Positions 51,678-62,200 of a DNA stretch of 64,000 nt are shown one piece after another (within the stretch, counting starts at the first letter, position 1; every line of letters starts with the position of its first letter). The notes under the pieces were generated by a model that was not told the DNA's origin, did not search any database, and worked only from the letters and a program-made list of their open reading frames with translations. Origin of the DNA: Oikopleura dioica (taxonomy: Eukaryota > Animalia > Chordata). The DNA is taken from assembly GCA_907165135.1 (NCBI GenBank), contig OU015566.1:12152001-12216000 (forward strand), given 5' to 3'. The position numbers and the translations under genes were made by a program.

Positions 51678-52274
51678 AGTTAATCGACCTAACTTTTAAT
51701 AAAAATGGAAAGCGGAAGCGGTAAATCAATAATTTATCATTATTAATTATCGTTCAATGATCCAGGCTCATGGTCCAGAGATCGTAAACTGTTGAACTTT
51801 CTCTTGTGTCTCAAAGCTACTCGAGTTTGTGGCCATTTCTTTCGACTTTTGGACGAATTCTTCTTCAAACCCATTTGGTTTTTGAAGGATACCTGTCATG
51901 CACGATTTGCACAGAGTGCTGCAATTGCCGCTCATGATCGTTAAAAAGCTCTTTTTTTTTTGTTTTTTAGAATAACTTATGCACACGCTAAAACTCTTGT
52001 GCGGACAGATAAACAGTGATGTCAACTAACCCGACGGCTTTATGGCGAAGTTTTGCATAATTTAGCGCAGATTTATCCCGCCACTATGTTTTTGAGGCGA
52101 AGAAATCTATATTTTCTATACATAACTATCAAAATAAGCACCTCTTTTAAAGCGAGACACATCGAGTGAATATATAAAACATACGTAGTAAATTTCACGC
52201 GTCGCGTATCAATCTACAATTCGACTGGAAAGTCCCTATTAAATTTAGATCCAGTCCATTTAGTTTGACAAAAA

Positions 52275-53616
52275 ATGAAAAAACTTCTTTTCTTAATCAA
52301 TTTTTGCTTATGTGAAGTGCTATGGATACCGGAAATCCCAGATGAACAGGATTCGCTGCCAGGAGGAGAAAATATGGTCGTCTGTCCTCCAGGATCTGAA
52401 TTTGTGAAGGAAATTAAAGGAAAAGCTCTCAAATGTTTCAAAGAACAGAGCAAGAGGGAAGGTTATCATATTTTATTACCCTTACCGGATTTTGAGAAGA
52501 CGCTCTTTTTTAAATCAATCATAAAGAGGTTTTTAAAGGCGATCCAGGAGACATTTGTAATTATGGATTGTCCCCAATCTTTGCCGAAGCTGATCAAGTG
52601 CCCACCGAGAACAAAACTTCTAGGACCACTTCAAGTCGATGTGTTTGCCATCAGCCACGCGACTCGGCTAAGGCAGGATACGTGCTTACCCGTTACAAGG
52701 GCTGTATTCCAAAAGAGGATTGTTGCGCTGATAATAATGCAGAACTGACGCTCGTGGAAGAAAATGGACAAAAAAAGTACACGTGCGTTTGTAAAAGAGC
52801 TTTTGAAGAAGTTACTTATCGGAGTCTCTGGGAAGGGATGGTTACTACATGTGCAGAAAAATGTCCTGAAAACGAAGTATACAGTGGATGTTTGGCAAAT
52901 GAAGCTGACTGCCACATGATTGCCAAGCCGAGAATATGCATTGCAGGATGCGCTTGCAAAGAAGGATTCAAACGAATCGGAAAGAAGTGCGTCAAACCGA
53001 AAGAATGTCCAGTTTGTCCCAAAGGCGCGATTTACAACAGCCCACCAAATAAGTATTTTGAAAGAAGCTCTCTTGGACCCGCCTATTCTCCGGTTAAAGA
53101 CAAGTACGGAGGAGCCTGCCAATGCCCCTTTCACCAAACAAGAGGACCTGGCGGTAGTTGTTTGGATGAACAAGCTGTCTGTGAAAAATATGGCGGTTTA
53201 TATGATGCTTCCAATAAAAACGCCAGGGTTCCTGGATTTCATGTTTCAAAATGGTGTAATGACATTATCCCCAAAACTCTGATGCGTACTGCTAATCGAC
53301 CCTGCCAATGTCCCGAATTTCATTTGCTAACAGGTAAATTTTCCAATTCTAGCATTCCGCACCTTTTATTTTAGAATATTATGATAAAGAAGCTGGGCTA
53401 AGAGGAGTCAAATGTGTTCACTTTTCGCAATGCAATAAGTTCAGCGAACAAATTCAGGAAGAAAAAGGTAAATTGAAGTTTTCATTCTGACTTTCCGAAT
53501 ATGAAGCCGATTTTTATCACCGGAACATAATTTCCGAAGCTGCTCACGAGCGCCTCGGAGAAATCATGAGCGCATATAAAGAGCTATTCCCGAAAGGGAC
53601 TGCATTAATTCGATAG
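52275..53616 (+). CDS. Secreted cysteine-rich TIL (trypsin-inhibitor-like) domain protein
   Basis: Signal MKKLLFLINFCLC; CPENEVYSGC..C..ICIAGCACKEGFKRIGKKCVKPKEC; further CxC repeats. Confidence 0.82.
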
Positions 53617-53648
53617 AGAATTTCTCGCCTGTGCATATTTTCCCGAGC

Positions 53649-54871
53649 ATGAAGCTGATCGTTTTCCTTGGTGCTGGAGTCTTGGCTCAAGACCAAACAA
53701 CTGCAAATTTTGATGAAACTACTACTGCGACTACACAGAGTACAATTCTTGAGGTAACAGAAGATTCTTGACAGGGCAATCAAACAATTTTTCCGCGATC
53801 GTTAATAAAAGTTATATTAGTACGATTACGATTATTACAACGGCAACTCATCGGCTCTACTTGGGCTAGATGGCCGATCGCTATCATCAAATAAGGAAGC
53901 TCGGAAAAAGCGAAAAGAAGCAAAAGCTCAGAAGAAAGCTAATAAGAAGAAAAACAAGCTTTCGCAACAAGTAACTCTTATCTATGCCGGAACTTATGCT
54001 CCAACTCCTCCGACTAGGTAACATTTTTCTTTCAAAAAATCCATACATTTTCGTCTTAGTACAACAACAAAAGGATACACAACAACATCCTCAACAACCA
54101 CTTCGACCACAAGTACAACTACAACTACCACGACAACTTCAACTACAACATCCACAACGTCAATGACGACAACGACATATTCACAGTCAACTACGTCTTC
54201 CACAACAACAACACCAACAACAACACCAACAACAACATCAACAGACTATGAAACAACCACATCTGCTTACGACATCAACCCTTACGCTGATGTCCCTCAA
54301 GGATTCGAGGTTCTATCGATCCTAAGACCCAACGATTAACCTAATATTTTAGGGAAGCTACAGTAATATGGTCAATGGCTACAGCGCGGGTTACAATGAC
54401 GGGACCAATTATGGAAACTCGAACTACGGAAACAATGCTCAATACGATAATGCTGATGGCATAAGCGTATTACCACTTAAATCTCTTATTTATAAAATGG
54501 TAATTTTAGTGCTTCCACTGCGATGCGAAAAATTATGACGAGTGTGCGAAAATTGGGAAGTGGAAGCAGTGCCCCGAAAATGCTGGTGTTTGCATGGTTG
54601 AGATGAGAAAGCGTGGTGGAAAGATTGAAAGCGTTTGTATGGGATGCAAGGTAAAGAACGGAGAAAAATAATGTGATCCTGGAACATTCCCTAGCAAAAA
54701 CGAGCATGCCTCGACAACAAGAAGCAAAACTTCAAGGGAAAATTCTGGCAATGTCGACCAAAAGCAACCTCGGGCCCGTCTGTCTGTCGACAGTGCTGCA
54801 AGGACGGCGAGCAATGCGAAAACTTCGATGGTGTCAATTACAAAGGCTGGAATGCCAACCTTTTGCAATGA
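53649..54871 (+). CDS. Secreted mucin-like protein with Thr-rich linker and C-terminal Cys-rich (Ly6/three-finger-like, oikosin-type) domain
   Basis: Signal MKLIVFLGAGVLA; CFHCDAKNYDEC..CPENAGVCMVEMRKRGG..VCMGCK|QKRACLDNKKQNF..QCRP..SVCRQCC. Confidence 0.78.
54058..54245 (+). repeat. ACN-rich poly-Thr coding low-complexity repeat
   Basis: Runs of ACA/ACT/ACC codons. Confidence 0.8.
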
Positions 54872-55225
54872 GCAAAAGGCTTAAAAAGTTCATTGAGATA
54901 CGATTATCTCGATTTTTCTGTGTAAAAAGTTCAAAGATTGGAAATAAACGGATTTTATAAAAAAAATTCTCTCTTTTTTCTAGAAGGATTTTTAATTCCT
55001 ACAGACAAAGACAGTGGATAACACAGTTTATGTGATCAAGGATCTCGGAACAGGTAAATAAGAACTCAATTCTTGCGAGATCAAGTTCGCCACACCTCTC
55101 TTATTATTTTTGATTTTGGAGAAGTTCGAGGTCATTTTCTGAACTCTGCGACAGTAATAACGCCGTCAGTGAGCAATCAGCGCAACCTTCTTATTTAGAG
55201 AAAGGACCGTACTGTCAGAATTACG

Positions 55226-56375
55226 ATGACGGATGTACTGCCCCCTTCGACTATTCAGGATTTAATAACGGGCCTCAATCAACTTATTCGAGCGGAGGTA
55301 ATAATTTATTATTACTAATAAAGCGTTTAATCGTAAAATTAAAAAAAAAACGTAAAATTATTTACTATCAGATTAACTTCTGTATTCATAAGATTCCATT
55401 GGACAAGAAAGCGCAGATAATCGTGGAATATTTCAAATCTTACAAGAACAACGACTGGGAAAAGTACGCTTTCTGGGATGATTTCCGATACACACGAAAT
55501 CTGATCGAGGAAATAGGCGCGTGTTAAACTATTTCGGTTTTTTCCTCTTCGGATTCGAATCACGTCAAAAGACGGCTGCTATTCCCTCATCCTCATGTGC
55601 TGGCCAGAAGGAAGCGCTAGCAGGATTCACGATCATCCAAACGCGGATTGTATAATGGCATGTTTGGACGGCAACATCAAGTATGGGATAATTTATGATT
55701 GAAGCTCAAATTTTGAACCTCAAACTTCATGAAAAAACAGTGTGTTACGATAATGATAAAAAAACCAGTACAAACCGTGTCTTTACCTCGATCTATCACT
55801 GACAGACTTTCAGTGAAATATAATTACTGCGTACATTCATTCATAATTATCCAACGACAGGGTTTGAGTACTTCAGATTCAAATAAAGTTATAATGATTT
55901 GAAGGAGACAAAGTTTCACTGGCCAGATCAAAAAATCAAAAAACAAGGATTAGGTTCTGAACAAACCGTAGATCATGAGATAGCCCGTCCTTGAGCTTGT
56001 GTAGGACAAATGTCAGCGTATCCCTCAGCTCATAATATGAGCCTCTTTACATAAATTTAAACTAGATCGGCACCTAATAAAAGTCCAGCCTTGCGAAGAA
56101 ACGACCGCAACAAAAGGCGATGTTCTTCATATGAATGGTAAAAATGCAAAAAATCTTCTAAATTCTCAAAGAATAATTTTAGATTCGATGGGGGTGCATC
56201 GAGTTGAAAATGCATCATCAAGTGAGCGGGCTGCAACTCTTCATTTTTATTTTCCAGTACTCTTTTTCATCCTTGAAGGTTTTTTAAACATTTTAAGTGC
56301 ATCCACGAATGCCTGATTTTTGCTGAAGACACTGGCAAGTCAACCAAGGTCAAGGAAAGGGTTCCACGATACTGA
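55226..56375 (+). CDS. CDO1: Cysteine dioxygenase
   Basis: MTDVLPPSTIQDLI, WEKYAFWDDFRYTRNLI, LILMCWPEGSASRIHDHPNADC, ETKFHWPD, DSMGVHRVEN, TLHFYFP; three His ligands and the Cys/Tyr crosslink pair are present. Confidence 0.93.
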
Positions 56376-56900
56376 TCAGTGATCGAGCTTGTGAACCGAT
56401 CCTCGTGGAATCCACTCTTCTCAGATGTGTTATCACACGATCAAAGGCGTCAAGCAAACGCCGCAGAATGTTGCCAGAGGCCCCGAATGCATTTCTCCAA
56501 CATGTTAAACTCTCTTTCTTTCTTGAAAATACAGTATTTAAATCCTCGAAACCTGCTCCTAACGCATTGCAGGACTCTCAGCCTAAGGATGGAGAACGTT
56601 CTAAAATAAAGGTTTTGATAATTAGAGATGAGTTGAAATTGAAGCAGAAGAATAAGGGAAAATTAGGGCAATTATAAGTCGGAAAAGACCTTCGGTGAGC
56701 CGCCCAACAAGGTCGGATAAGGGGGGTGCTCCGCGCGCCCCCCTCTGAGAAAAAATTGACAGCGCCATTGGCTGATCCACGCGTTTGTTTAGAGCTGGAG
56801 CTGCCTCAGTAGTGAACTGCGCGCAAAGGCGAACGGCGACACTCGACAAAGAAGTTAATTTCGCAGAAGTTTTTTCAAAGATTTTGGAAAAAAGAGTCGA

Positions 56901-58655
56901 ATGAGTGATAGAGTTCAGTACTTTTCACCATTCCCAACGTATGAAGATGTTGAATCTATGGAACAGGTGAGCAATGTTTACGAGTAAAAAAATAAAAATT
57001 GGGGACGGAAATTTACATTTTTTTCGTAATTTTTATATTTGAATTATTGCATATAATAATATTATTCTTAAAGTAAGAAATTAACATTGGCAAAGAAATT
57101 TCAGGGTATATAAGTGCAATATTTGACTTTTTGACAAACAATATTTTTGTGTAATTTTACTGGCTATAAAAGGCAATAAAACTGTTCAACTTCTTTTTCA
57201 CTTTTATAAATGAAAAGGTCGAGCAATTTAACAGTCGATCAGTTAAAATTAAGAAATTATCACGTCTCAAGGCAAAAGCTGTGAGGGATAATTCCCAGTT
57301 CTCAGCAAACAAGAAGGAAGCAAGTTCAAACATTATGGTGCAGAAATTTTAGAACGATGAGTAGCCCCGCGCTTGTTTTTCCTATGGCCCATAGCTATGG
57401 GCCTTATCAGGGTTCTAAATCTGATCCCGAACTCAGTAGTCCAAGTCTAGTCGAGTCTTGAGATTTTCGAAAATTGCTTAGTCTAGTCTAGTCTCTATAA
57501 TGAATTGTAGACATGTTTTTAAAGCAAAAATAAAGATAAATACGATTGCTTGAGTCGAAAAAATCTTTTAGAAAAAGGTGAAACGAGTTAGACCTGGTAT
57601 CAAGCCCAAGAAGTCGGATAAAGAATTGACGAAGGAGGAGCTTGCGGTTCGTGAAAGAAGACGAAAGCGAAACAAGGAGGTACTGCTTATCAGTGTTGTA
57701 CAATGCTGATTAAATTATGAAATTATATAATGAATATGATGATGTATGTCTTATCGCATCAAGGTTACTTTTATAAACAATTATTTAATAGGCCGCCGCA
57801 AGAAAGCGAAGAGAGTTCAAAGAAAATGTCGCGAAATACGAAGCTCAAATAAAAAATCTCGAAGCTGACAACAACAACATCGTAAATGAACTTGCTGAAA
57901 TGAAGGAGCAAATAAGAAAAATGAATGCAGGTTAGAAAATATGTAGTAATAAATGCCTCCTTTTATGGTCTATAAGAAGGGAAAGTGTTTTTACTAAAAA
58001 AGTCGTAATATCTCATAAATTATGAGTAATACTTCGACGTAGCAAAAAAGGGAAAATCTACCATTTCTGCCTCACTTGAGAGTTTCACTTGAGCAGTTAT
58101 TTGATAAAGAATTAACGATCCGTTCTCAAGTGAGAAAATCAAGTTTATTTTACTAAAAAATTATCAATGATAAGTTATCATTCGAATTCAACTCCAACAT
58201 AAAATATTTAACGTCCCTTACTCTCTCAAAGTATATTTGAGATAACAACGAATTTAGCGCTTCAAAATCATTCTTGCGCCGAGCACCAGCAATTCTTCCC
58301 AGCAGAGACAAGTTTCTATGGAGGTCTCACCGAAGCGTTCGAAGAAAACCAGGCTCCAGATGATCAGAAGCAACCTGCTACTCCAGAGAAGATGGCCGTC
58401 CCAATGAGCATCTTCGATGAATTCGGAATCTTCGTTGATGATCTTTGCAGCAAAGAGCACGTCGCACCAGCGAATAACGGTTCTCAGCAAAAGTCTTACT
58501 CCGACATTGGTGAAATTCTTGGCTTTGATGTCGCCAGCAAGATGCCAGCAATGCAAGCAAACCCACCATCATATGAAGAAACCCAGCAGATGTTCTTTTC
58601 ACACCCGTGCGTCAACGAGATGAGCGCAATGGAGTTGGAAAATTTGTTCGCCTAA
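56901..58655 (+). CDS. Fos/ATF3-like bZIP transcription factor, 4 exons
   Basis: LTKEELAVRERRRKRNKE|AAARKRRE basic region, leucine zipper, LQNHSC post-zipper His-Cys motif. Confidence 0.8.
57386..57403. repeat. Perfect 18-bp palindrome GGCCCATAGCTATGGGCC in bZIP intron 1
   Basis: Identical to its own reverse complement. Confidence 0.85.
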
Positions 58656-59252
58656 CTAACAAACTAGGAGGCTCCTAGATTCCAGGCTAAAGCCTTGAAT
58701 TTCCCGGCAAGCTATTTTGTGGCCTACTTACAACTTATATTTATTCTCGAATCAGTGTGCAAATATGATAATTTACGAAATGCTCGCTATTACTAACTTT
58801 ATGCCTCGACCATCACCTTCTAGTTTCAGCAAAATATTTATCGGTTATTTGGCCTACGTTGAAGAAAAAAATACTAACAAAGAATAACTCAATTCATGTT
58901 TCCGCGGTCCTCACATGTTTGTCTGTGCTAATATCTCCTAGCCTTAGTTTCCGACTATTCCGAGTATTCGACAGTAGCCTCACAAGTTCAAATACCAATT
59001 TATTCTTTCTCTTGTTTCAATCATCAAATCCTTCTTCGACATGTGCTCCTCCAAGCAGTAGTTTCTTTCTCTCACTTGTTCAATTCTGCTACGAACTTCC
59101 AGTAGAAACTTCCAAGCCAATAAAACTCCCGGAGAAAAAATGTTTTCAGCTTCTTATTGAATAATGATACAGGATGAGTATCTTTATTCCGGTGTAATTT
59201 GAGGGGCCTTTGTTTCTATCAATTGAACTGGACACGATAAAAATTAAAAACT

Positions 59253-62200
59253 TTACATGATTGTGCAGACTTTTGACTCTCTCACTAACGAGCCGTTTTG
59301 CAGGGACTCCTTGAACTCGAGCTGAAACTCTTCCAGTCTTTTCAGATCTAAATAAAACGGATTAAACTTGAATAACTGATGTAATTTCAAACCATTTCTG
59401 AGTTTCTCGTTCTCCTGGCGCTGTTTTTCGAACTCTTCTTCGATCCGCTCCTTTTCCCGTTTTTGCTCTTGCTCAAGTTTCTCGGCTCGTTCAAGAGCTT
59501 CATCACGCTCAAGCTAAATCTAAATTACACCTCAGAATCCACTAACTACGATGTACCTGAAGACTAGTTACTAGCAACTTCATCTCGTCCGTTTCATTGT
59601 TATTTTGGGCTTTTTTCGGAGATCCTTGGCGGATTGATGATTGAGGGTTTGGCTTCGACTTTGGACCTGCTATTGACCGATTTGGTTTTGGAAAAGTCGA
59701 TTTCTTCGGGATCTTCGATTTTTGCAATTTTCTTGGAGTGATGTAAGTGCACTCGCGTTTCAGCCCTTCTGCGGAGCCGTCTTTTTGAATTGTGAGCATT
59801 CTAATATCCGGAGCGCCTTCCAGTTCATTCCTCAGCCATGTTGGGTGGTCTTCGTCTTCTTCTTCAGACAAGTTTTGTTCGTATATGATCGGTTTTTGCG
59901 CCTCCGTCTTCGATTCAGTGCTTGTTGGCCGGCTACTATAAATACCATTTTACGAGAGTTAGTTGATAAATTGGCTTACCTGAGACTGTCAGCTGTTTCC
60001 TTCATTCCGAGAGTAATAAAAAACGTCTGGTCAGTGTGACAGAAACCAATGGACTGTATTTTGATTTCTTTGTCCAAGTAAATTTCACCGTTATAAAGGT
60101 TTCTTCTGATAGCTTTTCTGTCACTAGGTGAGCGGAGTTTTTTACTATCATTCTCGAGCACATCCATATCTTCTTCTGGAATCGAGCTTTCGTGGTTTGT
60201 TGAGGTTTCGCTCAAGTTCAGTTCCGCATCCTTCAGGAGAATCATTAGGAGAAACTGTAATATAAAATTACCTGAATCGCCGCTTCAAGAGTAGCGATAT
60301 CTAGCCTCAATGATCTTTCAGAAGTCAATCTTGGCTTTGCTGAGCTCGGTTTTGAACCATATGGTAAAAAACTCGTTCCAGCGAACAAAACAACTTGTTC
60401 GTCTGCTTCTTTTTCAGGGTCGGATCCTATCTTTGCAGCGATACATGTCATGAAGTTGCCAGTCGCTACATGTGTTATGCTTTGTACAGTTTTCCCGTCT
60501 ATTGTTGGTATTTGAATTGGAGAGCAGTCTATCATTGATCTGGTATTTTCAAGCCCTCTTTGCCCTTCTGAGTTCCTTCCAAGAGTAAACAGCTGCCCTT
60601 AAATGAAGTTAAATCGTATTTCAAGCTCGGAAACAAGATAGTACGATCAAATATAAACAAGATGCTCTTACGCGAAATTTTTTTTATCAAAGATGCTGTG
60701 CGTTATAAGCCCCGTATCGCGTTTACCTGTAGAAGTCAAAAAGACAGTATGATCTCGCGCTTGAGATATCTTTGAAATCGTTTGGTTCGGGCTTAGTTGG
60801 CGCGTCAGAACGGGCGTATCTTTGTATGGTGGAATGCGCGAGTTTCCGAGGCGGAAGATATCGAGCATGGAGCGCTTTTGAAGGCCGATTTTATTATCAC
60901 GGTTCGAGCCACACACAAACATGTTTCCAGACACGCCGATGAAGAAGGAGGAGTCATAGCCGGCGTAGACTTCTTTGATCTTTTCCGAAAGACCTTCAAT
61001 TTTTCGGGGGGAGAACTCAGAACCTTGTCCTCCGTGGCCGAGTCTTCCCAGTTCTCCACAGCCCCATGAGTAGACATTTCCTTCACTTGTGAGTGCGAGC
61101 ACATGTTTGTACCCAACGGATATTTTGACAACGTCGTATGATATCAAGTCCTGCACCATATTCGGAAACATCGAGCTTTTATGGTCAATCCCGTGACCCA
61201 AGCATCCGTGATCGCCATTGCCACAAGTAAAAACCATCTTGTTCATCAGAAAGACCGAAAAATCAGCTCCTGTTCCAATAGCCTGGACAGGTCGATTCGT
61301 TGAAAACTTGACGGGAACAGGGTTTTCGATCCGAGGCATTTGGGAACCGAACCCAAGCTGTCCTGACTCATTCGAACCGACGCCGTACACAACATTATTA
61401 ACGTCGAGGATGAGTGTATGCCTGTCGCCATTTGCAATCTCCATGATATTCATCCCTTTTGGAAGCCCTCGCTTGAACTGCATACTCCACTGGTCAGAAG
61501 AAAAAGTGAAGAGGTGAGAATGGTAGTCTTCGTAAAGGTCGTTTGTAAATAAAAGATCGTCAATGCGCTTTCTTTTCGTGATAATTGAGTCCATTATCTT
61601 CGGGACGTGGATTTCGTCAAGCGCTTCTGCTGACGGCCGTTCACGTGGATCTTTTTGTAACAGTGAGCTAATCAGTTTACGGAGCATCGTCGAGTAGGGC
61701 AGGTCTTCTTTCAGCTTCTTGTAGTTTGCTTCGGAGATTTTCTTGATGATAGCGATTGCATTGTGCCCTCCAAAAGCCCTTTCAAGAGCGCACATTTCAT
61801 AAAGGACGCATCCAAGGGACCAGATGTCGGATTTCATCCCATATTTCTGCGAATCACAAACTTCAGGAGCCACATAAGTTGCTGTACCCACCATGGTTTG
61901 TGTTCCAGTAGCGTGAGTGCTGGTAAATTTCGCGATTCCTGTTTATGGTTCAAATTTTATAACTCAAAAATCAGTTTTTTCAATCGTTGAACCGGCCCTA
62001 AGTCGCCAATTTTGATTATACCATGCTTCGTAAGAAAGATATTCTGTGGCTTCAGATCCCGATGCATAATCTTGGTCTTATGCATAAAGGCCAATCCGGA
62101 AACGATTTGAGAAAATTTCCTTTCAGTCTGTTTACGAACGATATAAAGAGTTCTTGTTTACGCTCTTTCAAAAAAATGGGGCTCGAAGGGCTCTGAATGT

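Noticed and set aside
55517-55571. GC-AG intron in CDO1
   Set aside because: An in-frame GT donor 6 nt downstream is equally possible; cannot be decided from sequence
56376-56620. Open frames with an intron-like gap after the CDO1 stop
   Set aside because: No start codon or family motif; could be a spliced 3' UTR
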